The notes under the pieces were generated by a model that worked only from the letters and a program-made list of their open reading frames with translations, had not been told where the DNA came from and searched no databases. A stretch of DNA of 64,000 nucleotides from Geosiphon pyriformis uo1 (lineage: Eukaryota; Fungi; Glomeromycota). The DNA lies in the NCBI GenBank assembly GCA_016748015.1, contig JAAOMT010000135.1, forward strand, positions 124,001 through 188,000. The letters are read 5' to 3'. Below, piece by piece: positions 52,001 through 64,000 of the stretch. A program made the translations under genes and the position numbers. The first letter of the stretch is position 1. Each line of letters begins with the position of its first letter.

Positions 52001-55000
52001 ACCAAATTTTGTGGGCTAACAACGACTATTAAAAGTTACTACAAACTTGGAAATAGGAAAAAAATAACAAAAAAAAAAGAAAGACAAAAGAAAAAGAAAC
52101 GATCTTAACCAACACTACTAATAAACCATACACTTATACCACACCACCACAGTCTCACTGTTATCGACCAAAGCTAATATGCGTTAATTGTGACAAGAAA
52201 TTATTGTCAATAGGCATGTGCTGTGACAACAATAAGAAATATTCAACGATAACCAAAATGGCAAGGAAAATAAGACAACAAATCTTGCCTAGCTTGTGAA
52301 AAAACATTACTTGACAAAGGAATATGAAACAACATTCTTGGTCAATGAGGAATGTGTGACACTTTGTGCCAGTACATGATCCTTATTAGTGACTGGATTA
52401 GAAAAAGGACACCAATAGAAGCCACTTGGAAAAGAGCTGTACAGCAATTGGACAGTTGTCCACATGACAATGATGAAATATGGAGAATGGCAATAGCCAA
52501 AATAGAAGGAGCATCACCTGAAGAAATCAGAGAAATCAAGAACAATCTACCAGAGTCCATAGAACTTGACTGGGACCCAGAATCAGTCATAAATTTCCTG
52601 GACCCAGAACAATTCTATGAACACTACCAAGAATTAGCACCCACAAGAAAAGAGCAAGAACAATGCTTAGAACAGCTGAACACTCGATTGTGTCAACACT
52701 GTTTAATTCCATATGACTTCCAGTATTGTAATGAGTGTGATCTCATCTACAATCTACCATCATACATGATCTACACAATCCCAAAGGAAAAAAAACCAAT
52801 CAACAGCTGCAGATCAGAATTGGAATCATTGTTTAATCCCAATTTAAACTCCAACAACAATAACAATGAAAATAATGGTTCCAGCTTTGCTTAATATGGC
52901 AACAAAATTAATAATAACTCAGACTTCAATTCAAACCCCAAAACATATATCACACTTCCTAACCTTTCCAAAGAACAAGAACTCAGATAGTTCAGTGATA
53001 ATAATAAAGATATTATGCCAGAATGTGTGCATGATACTGATGCAGGGTTTGATCTAAAATATTCAAAGAAATATACTATTAAATTGGAATCCTATTTGTG
53101 CAATTGCATTGATCTCAAAATAGCACTAGAAATTCCAGCAACAACTATGGTTTAATTAGCATCTAAAAGTAGCTTAGCAAAAAGGAAAATCAATATCAGA
53201 GAAAGAATAATTGATGCAGGATATGTAAAAAATATCATTGCAATACTACAAAACAATTCTAAAAAGGCCTATATCATAGAGCCAAACAAAAAAATAGCAC
53301 AGACAATATTCCTGTTTCTGGTGAAAATAGCTCAATTAGTATCAGTAGGAAACAGAAAAAAATTAGAAATTACAACTAAAGGGATACAGAGATTCAGATC
53401 AACAGATAAAATAGATATACCAGTCAATATGGCAGAAAAAAAAGCTATTGAAAAGGGAGAAATTATCTCCACCCATTAATTAATTTCCATTCTACCATAT
53501 GACCAATATATGTTAGCCATAAAAAGAGAAGTAAAAAATCAAGCTTAGTTGTTCAAAGTAGAAGCCACCATTTGCAAATCAAGAGAGATTGGACTCATTA
53601 ATCTTTACATACCAATTAAAAGCCCAAAAACATCAAAATTCTTATCTATAACACAACTGGAAATGTTATTAAAATACCAAAAAGAATCATCATTGGATAT
53701 TTAACCACTAAAGTTAAGGATCAACTATTAAACTACATTCCAGATTTTCCACAGCTTTGTGAATATGTGGACATCACATCACAAACCATTTATGGACAAA
53801 GTAAATGTTATCTGCTCTAACTGGAACAATTGGAACAGATGAACATGGGGAATCTAGACCCACTTCAACAGATGCAACTAAAGATGTTACTTAAAAATAT
53901 CAATGACATCTTTGCTAGTGAAAACAAATTTGGCTGCACCAACATCATCCAACACCAGATCAAGACTGGAGATGCAATGCCAATTAAACAAAGAGCATAT
54001 AGAGTACCACCAGACAGTTATGAGATCATTTGTCAAGAAATTAATCAGATGCTTAACAACAGACTAATTCAGTCATCAATGAGTCCATAGTCATTACCAG
54101 TAGTATTAATCCAAAAGAAAAATGGAAAGATCCACTTTTGTGTAGATTATGGAAAACTCAACAGTGTTACTTATGGAGATAGTTATTCAACTCCACAAAT
54201 TCAGGAATTATTTGACACTTTTGGTGAAAATAAATGGTTCTCAATATTGGATTTAAATAGTGGTTACTGGCAAATAGCCATGGATCCAGCCGGCAAAGAG
54301 AAAATAACATTTATCACAAGAGAGGAAAATTTTGAATTTGAAGTTATGCCATTCAGATTGATGAATGCACCAGCCATATTTCAATGGCTAATGGAAATTG
54401 TTTACACTGAACTATTGTGAAAGTCAGTAGTCATATATTTGGACAACACCAATGTGTTCTCAAAAACATTCAATAATTATCTTCACCATCTCCAACAAGT
54501 ATTTGAAAGACTAAGACAAGCAGGACTGAAATTGAATACAAACAAGTGCTTCTTTGGAAAAACTGAACTCAAGTTTTTGGGACATGTTGTAAGCAAAGAC
54601 AGCATTAAAACAGATTCAGACAAGATTGAAGTTGTTAAAAACTTTCCAGTGCCAAATAATCTCACAGAATTAAGAGCATTCTTGGGATTCACAGGGTACT
54701 ATTGCCACTTTATTAAGGATTTTTCTAAACTGACACAGCCATTACATCAACTCCAAACAAAGAATGTGAAATATGAATAGATGAAAATCCAGCAAAAAGC
54801 TTTTAACACACTAAAAAGAAAGCTTATACAAGTCCCAATATTAATTTATCCAGACTACAGCAAACTATTTATCATTACTACTGATGCATCAAGTCAAGCA
54901 TTGGAAGCAATACTATCGCAAAAAGAACTGGATGGAAAAGAACATCCAGTAGCATATACCAGCCGAAGTTTGAGTCCAGTAGAAAAGAACTATGGAACTC

Positions 55001-57370
55001 CAACAATAGAACACTTAGCTATTTATTGGGCAGTAATAAAATGGAAAGAATATTTGAGCCAGAAATTTGACATTTACACAGACCATAAAAGATTAACTTC
55101 AATCCAGAAGCAAAAATTTGGAGATGATTGCTATGTGCAATGGAAAATAGAACTTGTATCATACAAATATACAATACATTATAAAAAGTGAAAAGAAAAT
55201 AGAAATGCTGATGGTTTGTCATAAATGAGACAAATCTAAAACATTTTAACCCAAAAATATAACAAAAGATGAATATACAAAAATACCAACAACTTCAACA
55301 TTATATAAATACCCAATTGTTCAAGGAAAAATTATCTTAAAAGAAATAAAACAACATAAAACAACAATCAAAATATTTTATCAACCACCAAAATATACTT
55401 TACTGGAAAAATAAAAAGAATCCAGATCAACCAATCAGAGTAATCACAGAACCAGAGAAAGAAACAATATTATTTAACATGCATTCAGATTCAATAGCAG
55501 GACATTTTCATAAAGAAGCAATTATGGAAAGAATCAGAAAAAGATACTATTGGCCATCAATGTATCCAGACATCATTTAATATGTTCAGAATTGTGATGC
55601 TTGTTAGAAAAGAAAAGAAGTAAGACCAAGTAAACCATTGAGATCAATCAAAGTGGGACAACTATTTAATCAAATTGGAATTAATTTAATCAGATCATTA
55701 ATAATAACTAGCAGAGGCAACAGATATATTGCAGTAGCCATAGATTATTTTACTAAATGGCCAGAAGCAAAAGCTATTCAAAGAGCAGATGCAGAATCTA
55801 TTGCCAAATTCGTTCATCAAGACTTAATCTGTTGACATAGATGTTCAAAAAAATTATTATCAGATCAAGGAACTCATTTTGTAAATAAAACATTAGCAGA
55901 ATTAAGCCAAAGATTTGGAATCAAAAGACTATTATCATTGCCATATCATCCACAAACAAATGGATTAGTCAAAAGATTCAACAGAACATTGTGTAAAGCA
56001 ATAGCCAAGATCAACCAAAAAAACCAAAACAAATGGGATTTGTTTATACCATCAGTATTATTTGCTTATTGGACAATGAAGCAAGACACTACACAAGCAA
56101 TACTATTTGAACTAGTATATGGTAAAACAGCAACACTACCAGTTGAGATAGAAGTCAAAACATATTCAACAAAACTAATAACAGAAGAGAATTTCCAAAG
56201 AACATTGTTGAGAAAAACATATGACTTAATAGAGACATTAGAAAACAAACAGTGAAAAGCAGCTGATAACATCCAAAAATCACAAGAGAAACAAAAAAAA
56301 GACATGATAACCAATTACCAAATAAACCAGTTAAATTCAAAATTGAAGACAAAGTACTTCTATATCATACCAAAGTGGAAAAACAATAGAGTGGAAAATT
56401 TGATCCCAAATGAAATGGACTATTTCACATAGAAGAAATTCTTGGAAATAGAGCTTATAAATTAAGATGAGACAACAAAATCTTAGCCAAAGCAGCACAT
56501 GGTGATTGACTGAAATCATATTATCATATAGTGTCACTATCTATCAGTAATATTCCACAATTAAGAGTACACAGAATACTAGTCCAACCAGATGAAATTC
56601 CATGAGATCTGGAACCAATCATAATCATTGGACTAAACATATAAAAAAAAAAAAAAAAATTGAACAATAAAAAGAGTATATAAAAACATGGTAGACATAA
56701 CAAAAGACTTCAGAAAAATAGAAATTACTGATAACATCTACTTATTAGCACAACAACTCTTTAAACTAATCCAACAACAGAATATAGAAATTACTATCAA
56801 TTAACAAACCATTTGATACTGAGATACCAGAAAGATATCCAAATACAAAAGTCAAAGGAAAATAGAAATCACTATTAACAAAATGGTTCTAAAAATAAAA
56901 TTAGCAATAGAAAAACTAACAAGTATTACCATATATCAAGAGTTGACCAAAGAAACTTAGAAATAGTAGATACACAAATTTCTAAGAAACTTTTGTTATT
57001 TCTACTTGGGATAACACTTGAACATTTAGAACTTATATACAGATAAAACAAAACAATTATTCGATACAACAATACTGCAACAACTAGAACAATTTGTGAG
57101 AAAAAACAATTTAACTACACAAGCAAAAACTATTTATTGGCTACATATTGGATTTCAAAACAGACCAGAAATCTTACTTAATCCAGAATTGGACTTCATT
57201 ACAATTAACCAAATGAGAAAAATAACCAACACTCAATTTGAAGAATTACAGAACAAGATAACCCAAGTAATTTTTGAAAAAGAAGTTTAAAAAATACTTT
57301 ATGACAGAAAATTAGAGTTAGGAGATTTGGGAGATTTTGATGAAGCTTAATATTAAAAAAAAGGAAATAA

Positions 57371-58191
57371 TATTACTCATAGAATATAGGGAAAATATTA
57401 ACATATAAATTAGCCAATCAGAAATAGCCATAGTAAATATGGAATTCCAGGAATTTCAGAATTCTCATACAAGAAATTACAGGATTCCAGAATTCCAGAA
57501 GTCTTTTCAAAAGGAATTGCAGAATTCCAGGAATTTCAGAATTTCTGGTGTGAAGAATCGAGGAATTGAGGAATTTCAATTATGTATATATAGCAGTAGT
57601 ATTAGAAGTAAAAAAGACAGACCTCCCAATTTAGATTTAATCTAAGCAACATTTCACTTCACAAATATCAATAAATAATTATTTCATATCTCCAATTCAC
57701 TTTCCACTATCAACACTTCATGTTGATAACAATTGATATTTAATCACACTAGAACAATAGCTCTTGATTATGGCTATTAACAGGATACTAACTTGCAAAT
57801 GCCTTGGCTTAATTTTCTTTATCTCCTTTTTATTTCTTTTTTCTTTTTTTTGTTTTGTTGTGTTTACTAATTGATTAAGGATTAAGCACTGAATTATTGA
57901 TGTTAAGGATTGCCTGGTAAAAAATCTCTGCAAGTGGGTAGAACATGTAAAAAATTATGGATTACTTCCCAAAGGATTGCTGGCCATCAAGCTAAAGAAA
58001 AAAATTGACAGAATTGCGATTCTGGGAAGCTATGGATAAACAACTATTGAATCTCTGTTTATTATACAAAGGATTTCAACTCAAAACCTTCAGATCATCT
58101 AAAACTGTCAGAAACTATTATCAAAAAATTAACTGAGCACCAAGTTACGGGTTTGTTATTTGACTTAAGACCCAAATAATCATTTGTAACA
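57371..58191 (+). repeat. 3' LTR of A3
   Basis: Follows PPT aaaaaaaaggaaataa and ends ttgtaaca. Confidence 0.92.
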
Positions 58192-61100
58192 CCAGAAATT
58201 GCTTGTCTAGAAGCTTATTAAAAATGTGTAGTTACTTTGCTGTGAAAGTCAACTTTTTTACAGAAATCTTGTCTGTAGGCTACCCTAATAATTATAATAA
58301 GAAAAAAAATAAAAAATAAAAAAAATGTAAAAAAAATAGAATTTTAATAAGAAAAACGTTTTCTATCCAGGCTTGGAGTTACTAACAGATTACTGAAATT
58401 GGTAGCTAATCAATTTCAAAATATTAGTTGTGTTAAGGGAATTTCAAGTGTAATAATCAAAGAATTTGGTTTTTGAATATTTAATTTTTATTTGAATATG
58501 TAAAAAGTAATTTGTTTTAATTAAGATATCTAAAGTAAGATACTATGATAAAATACTATAAAAAAATATATTTTCTTGAAAAAAAAAGCTCTTCTTTTAT
58601 ACATTTTGTTGTAATACTAGTCTTTGAACTTGCACTTTTCTTTTTGCTCTAATTTCAGTGAATTAAAGATACATTTTGATAAACTACAAGTTATTTCTAC
58701 AAACTATTGATTATTTTGGCCAATTTTCATTAATTTCGGAGAATTTTGACTATATTAAATGGTTTAGAGTATTGTGTAATTTAATCATCTTAATTTCTAT
58801 GATACAAATTGGGTTATTAATTAGATAATGATATTTGATAATTTAATTAAATAATGAATAATAATTAAAATAATAATAATATATGCTAATTAATAATAGA
58901 AATTATGAGAGTAATTTCATGCTAATTAATAGCTAAAATTCTACTGGTAACAATCAATATGGATTCAATGTGCAAGATTAGTCTCATAAAATATCTTAGT
59001 CACTATATTTTTTAAAAGATAATTGGAAAATCTGAAGGTAGAAGAATAGTTCATACTGTTAACAAATGATCACATATTGGTATAATTTTATGTCTCATAT
59101 TAACACTCTTAAAATTTAATATCAGGTATTAGATGTACTCTTCAGTCATGTTTTATTTAATAATTTTTAAATACTACAATTATACATTTCAAAAAAAGGG
59201 TAAGAAATAACCAACAAGTAATCTTTTATCCCAAAATATTTAGATACTTAAAGATAAAAAAGAAAAATTAGTGATAAGAGAATAATTAAGATAAAAGTTG
59301 TTATTTTATTTATTTATTTTCTTTAATTTTTACATACTTTTCTACAGTTAAGAGATTCATTGCTTATATAGCTATCAAAAGTGGTTAATAATCAGGTCAA
59401 TAATTACTATCTAAAAATAGAGTGGCTAATTATGTAACATTAGTGACTAATACATGTAATAATTAATAAAAAGTATAAGTTTCAATCATAACAGTATCTT
59501 TACTAAGAAATCTACTAAGTTCCATAAGCTAGAAATTTTGGTGTTAAAAATTGTCAAGTCTTTGCATGAGGGCATTAATAGTGTTTTTGAATCTTTAATA
59601 AGTCATTGGACATCTTTGGATATTGATAAAGCTTTGCTTATTCTGGCTCTGTTGAATTCTGATGCAGATCTTAGTTGTGTATGTTTGGCTCTTTTTAGTA
59701 TAAAGAAATCATATTATACCTCCAAGTTTGCTGAGTCTTTACAAACTAAAGAGTGTTGGATTAGGTCAGTTATCAATAAATGGATAAAAAGTTTTGAAAT
59801 CAATAAGAATTATACAATTAGAAGCATGCTGGAGCATTCTTTTCAGAAGATGGTTTTGAATTATCTAGTTGTTGAGAATAAACTGATTTTAGAATCTAAT
59901 CTGGTTAAGGCCAAGATGAATGTAATTATGGAGAGCTGAACTAAGAAGCATAAAGTGGTGGCAGATTTATTTAATAATTGGTTTTGTTAATATTGGTCTT
60001 TGAAGTACATTTTTGATAAAGCTTTTTTAGATGTGATGTGTTTAGTCAGTTTAGATAAGTTGTTTAGTGTGGTTTCTAATCTGCTTAATGGCAAAGCTGT
60101 TGATTTTTTTGAAATATCAAATAAACTTTAGAAGCATTATGACAAATCAGTTTTGGATATGCTTTTGGTGCTTTTGAATTTTTGTTTGTCTAGTAAATTG
60201 GTGCTCAATGCTTGGAAAGAAACTTGAGTCTTGATGATTCTCAAGTCTTATAAGTAAGAGAGAGTTTTTATGAATATTTGCTCTATTGTTTTAATTGAAA
60301 CTGCCTGTAAAATCTTTTTTAAGATTTTCTCAAACAGGATCTCTTTGGCATACAGTGCTTATAATGTGTTATAAGGGGACAATTTCTTAGTTTTAAAGAG
60401 TATATTGATACAATCTTCTATTTTTGCTATTGGTTCAGTTATTAAGAATGCTTTAGAGAAAAATTGCGAACTTTGGCTGGTTTTGTAGAACATGCAAAAA
60501 ACCTACAATTTTGTTAGATAGAAGTATCTTAAAAAGAGCTTGGTTAGAATAAAAATATGTAACAAGTTTATTAGATTTTTTTGTGACATTCACAATAATC
60601 ATGTTAACAGAGTTATAATTGATTTTAGATTAACAGATGAATATCAAATATATGATAGTCTGGATTAAGGAAAGGTGTTTTCACTTCTTCTCTGGCACAT
60701 ATTTTATGATCTTTTTTTGTGTAAAATTAAAAGACAAAGAAGCATATGTAAATACAGATTGAACTTTTATTTCATTCCTAAAACTGGTTGTATAGAATTT
60801 TAGACTGAATTGTCTTTTTTTTTCACTGCTGGTGTTTTTGTCAATGATACTATTTGGGTTGGTAGCAGTCAGACTGCAACCCAATACATTCTCAATATTG
60901 CTAATGAATTTTTTGGATCAATGACATTTCTATAAACAATAACAAAATAGTGGTCATTCTTATTAATTATAGAATTAAAAGCTCTTTATTATCTATTAGT
61001 AGTTTGCCTATTTTTATTGTCAAAAAGGGGAAATCCTATTATTACCTGGGTATTTTTTTGTTTATTAAAAAACTGTTAAAGTCTAGCTTAGCCAAAGCAC

Positions 61101-63340
61101 ATTCAAATGTCTGGTTTTTTTTCAACTTTGTTTTAATAAAAACCATTTCAAATAAACAGCTTTCTTATTTAGTGTTAGCAGTTCTTTATCCTATTGTTGA
61201 TTATTAAACACAATTCAGTTTTGTGCTTATTAATATATACAACAAGTAGAATACTATGATCTGCAGAAGTCTGAAGTTAAAGACCAGTTTGCCTCTCAAT
61301 TTCTTTAGTAATGTGTTATATCATCTTTTTTTATATGGTCTTAAGACTTTTGAACAAGTTTAAGTGGAAAACATGCTGGTCTCCATAATATGATTTGTGA
61401 ATTCTGATGAGATTTTGGATTATTTATTTTTTCACAGGTCTTATGACTTACAAGCTTTATGCTGGTATCTAGTGTATTCTTTGAGTTTTCTAGCTCACAT
61501 CAGGGTCAGTCCATATAATAACTTTTTGGCAGGTGTGTTTTTTATAAGTACAATTTATTCTTGGGTGTTTAATAAACAATACTTTTCATTTTTAGGATGA
61601 TACTTTCATGTTAGTAGTGCTTGGTGAGTCTAATTTCTTTAGGTTTTTCTTTTTGCTTTAGTAATATGGCATTGCTTTTGTAAAACAGCTTTATAGTTAT
61701 AGTAATGCTATTTTTGATTAGAAAATCTTCAAATGTTAGAAGAAATTAGATCCACATGACTCTATTCCTGACTGGTTCAGGCTTTCTGTTGATTACCTGA
61801 ATGGTGTTGTTTCTACTTTTACCTGCTCATTTTCTTCAGATGTATTTGAATTCTTAAATGTTTTAGAGTCTTATGAGTTTGGGTTAGTTTATAATCATTT
61901 GTTGGATGTTATATCTAACAGCCTTTCTATTTATATGAATGGATCTTTAAAAAACTTAGAAAGTATTAACATAAGGACTGGTGCAGCAGTTTTTTTTGAG
62001 AATATAAGGTTGGATTTGGGGGTTAAGGTCTTTGGTTTGATGTCTTTTACTTTGGTGGAATTGCAGGCTATTGCTTTGACTCTTAAATGTGTTTTTTCTT
62101 GAAGCTTAATTCATCTTTTTACAGACAATCAAGCTGTCTTGGATGCATGTAAGTCGGAATTGAGTCTAATGTGTCCAGATTTTCAGAATTGGTGTTGAAT
62201 TAAGTGTCAGCATATTGTGAATATAATTAGAAAAAAGAATATAAATATTAGTTAACACAAAGTGAAAGATCATTTAGAAGTCTTAGATAATAAACATGCT
62301 GATATACTTGCTAACACTGCTTTTCTTTTTTTCTGGTATCTTTCTTTCTTGCTTGGAAAAGCATTGCATTTTGGCTAAAGATAATGTCATTTCTGATAAT
62401 CTTAGACATTTTGTTCATGAAGTCTTTTGAGTTATTTATTATACATGTTGGGAAGTTGGTTTTGGTTTTAAAGTTTTGAATAATAATTTGCTCTTGAACA
62501 TTGATTGGCTTAGCTCATCTTTGGTGTAACATTCTAATTCACATATGGTTGTTGGTTTTACTAGTAAATTTACTGTTAGTGCTTATACATACTTCATGAA
62601 AGCTTTATATTATTGGCTACCTGTCACTGTTTGAAAACACTTATATAACAAGTGTTACTCCAGTGTGTTATGTTTGTATTGTGACAAGGTTGAAATTTTA
62701 GACCATGTTTTTTCTTGTGTAGTTGATAATTCTGTTTACTGTCAATTGTTGAATGCCTATGTAACTGCTTGGGGTGTGATTTTTAGTCTCTTTTTTTTTT
62801 CATGTGTATCTTAATTGTTGTTCTTCTGTGTTATAAATACTACAATATATTTGGCTCTATATAAAAACTTTGTTTTTAGAAATTGGTTTTAGAAGGCTGT
62901 ATCTGTTTTCAGTGGTTCCAAAATAGCAGTTCAGAAGGTTGTAAACTTTGTGCATAACTTCTGTCTCACTTTCAGAACTGAGATTTGGTTGGTCTAAGCT
63001 AAACATTATGCTTTCATAGAAAAGAATAGGCTTATATTAATTGATGATTTGGCTTTAGTTTTGGTTTCTGGGCTGTCTTCAGTGCTTTTTGCTGGTATGA
63101 TTAAGTTGTTGAGAATTACTAAAGCATTTGGAGTTGGTTTTGGTTTTCATAAATGTAGTTTGTTTTTTTAGGTATTAGGAACTCAGTCTTGGTTTATGTA
63201 AGTACTTAGTGTTGTTCTGATTGGCCCAAATGATTGGTTATATGTAAAAAATACATAATTTACACTTAATTTAGATCAATTTTTGATGTATAGTATTAGG
63301 CAGTATTTGAACTTCACTTATTAAATAAATAAATAAATAA

Positions 63341-63635
63341 ATATATTTTGGCAAACTAAAAATATATTTTATTAAACTACAAGTTATTTTTGCAAACTAT
63401 AAATTATTTTAATAAACTGTTAAATATTTTGTTAAATTATTAAATATTTTAACAAATTTTGAATATTATATAATTCAATATATTATATGATTTAATTATT
63501 ACAATTTTTGTTATATTTATGTTCTATATAAATTAAATTATTAATAAATTGAGAATTTAAGTAATTTAATAAAATAATAAGTAATAAATTAATAATAAAA
63601 ATTATAAAATAATTTTATGTTAAATAATATTTTAA
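63341..63635 (-). mobile_element. Strongly decayed family-X LTR fragment
   Basis: aaactacaagttatttttgcaaactat matches 58681-58708 (aaactacaagttatttctacaaactat). Confidence 0.65.
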
Positions 63636-63789
63636 ATTTTACTGATAATACTAATTAATAAGCTGGTTTTTTTTGTTTTTATTATTAATATTATTATTAT
63701 CTTTTTGCAAATAATTAGAAAAACTAAAAAATTAAAAAAACAATAGCAGTAATTTGTGTTTACTATTATTATACTAAAATTTTTTGTGG

Positions 63790-64000
63790 TGTTACAAATA
63801 ATTATTTGGGATGTTAAAACAAATAACAAATCCATAACTTAGTACTTAATAATTGGTAATATTGGTAATTTTTGAAGGTTTTGAAGTCTAAAAGTTTTGG
63901 TTAAGTCTTTTGTATAATAAACAAAAATTTAATTGATGGTTTCTTTCATGAATTTTTTTTTAACATGATGACCAGTTTATTCTAATAGTTATATTCTTTT
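63790..64000 (-). repeat. 3' end of another family-A-like LTR, running off the window
   Basis: tgttacaaataattatttgggat...caaataacaaatccataactt matches 33653-33702. Confidence 0.8.

Larger units (their letters stand above)
48216..58191 (+). mobile_element. Ty3/Gypsy element A3 (family A, different LTR subtype), full length, inactivated
   Basis: LTRs 48216-49026 and 57371-58191. TSD tcag/ccag. PBS at 49029. gag, PR ILDSS, Cys-rich region, dUTPase ~53015-53410, RT/RNase H to TAA 55237-39, integrase from ATG 55269, and 3' ORF ~56688-57356. Confidence 0.94.
47993..58952 (-). mobile_element. Solo LTR X3 (47993-48215 + 58192-58952), inserted in the B 5' LTR and split by A3
   Basis: Reverse complement of X1/X2. 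Ends ctggtaaca. Probable TSD atga/atca. Confidence 0.85.
28808..59493 (-). mobile_element. Ty3/Gypsy LTR retrotransposon B (no dUTPase), inserted in LINE ORF2 and itself interrupted three times
   Basis: TSD gtgt/gtat. LTRs at 28808-29558 and 47888-47992 + 58953-59493. PBS 47865-81. gag ~47400-45400; protease LILDSG ~44820, continuing at 33652; RT ~32870-32045 (VYLDNI); RNase H to NADALS ~31610; integrase 31526-30230. Confidence 0.9.
25775..63340 (+). mobile_element. Full-length degraded LINE (ORF1; ORF2 = APE endonuclease-RT-RNase H-Zn finger), interrupted by a 30.7-kb nest; own sequence ~25775-28807 and 59494-63340
   Basis: ORF1 25910-27847 has a knuckle CAYCKQFGH..NC. ORF2 starts at 27844 with WKFAMCNV, IIETKL, IDFVFISSNL. 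It reads through the insertion as GYDSV|FTKKSTKFHKLE. RT remnants at 60200-60900 (FVNDT=FVDDT), RNase H at 61930-62320, CLYC..VE..DHVFSC at ~62670, and a (TAAA)n tail at 63322-63340. Confidence 0.9.

Overview
Eukaryotic, intron-containing fungal DNA. The gene and transposon style suggests Mucoromycota/Glomeromycotina (inference; not searched). It has two compartments. (1) A CpG-retaining gene island at ~2.6-12.8 kb holds an O-fucosyltransferase-family gene, a multi-exon GIGYF/Smy2-type GYF gene, a small 3-exon unknown gene and a J-domain gene, with very AT-rich decayed DNA on both sides. (2) About 51 kb of CpG-depleted, C>T/G>A-mutated retroelements. These are an ORF1-only LINE derivative, a dUTPase-bearing Ty3/Gypsy element (A1), and an APE-RT-RNaseH LINE (25.8-63.3 kb). 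The LINE carries a four-level nest: Gypsy B, which contains A2 (itself holding solo LTR X1), X2, and X3 (itself holding A3). Most junctions resolve to the base with 4-bp TSDs. The Gypsy elements share an unusual layout: integrase appears to be a separate ORF after a pol stop, followed by an uncharacterised ~200-aa ORF ending in a conserved DFxGAQ motif beside the PPT. Each LTR type carries its own short-motif tandem array upstream of the TATA box, and that array co-varies with the 3' ORF. This pairing is the best candidate for an undescribed system (element-encoded factor plus cognate LTR array). Coordinates of degraded domains are approximate.
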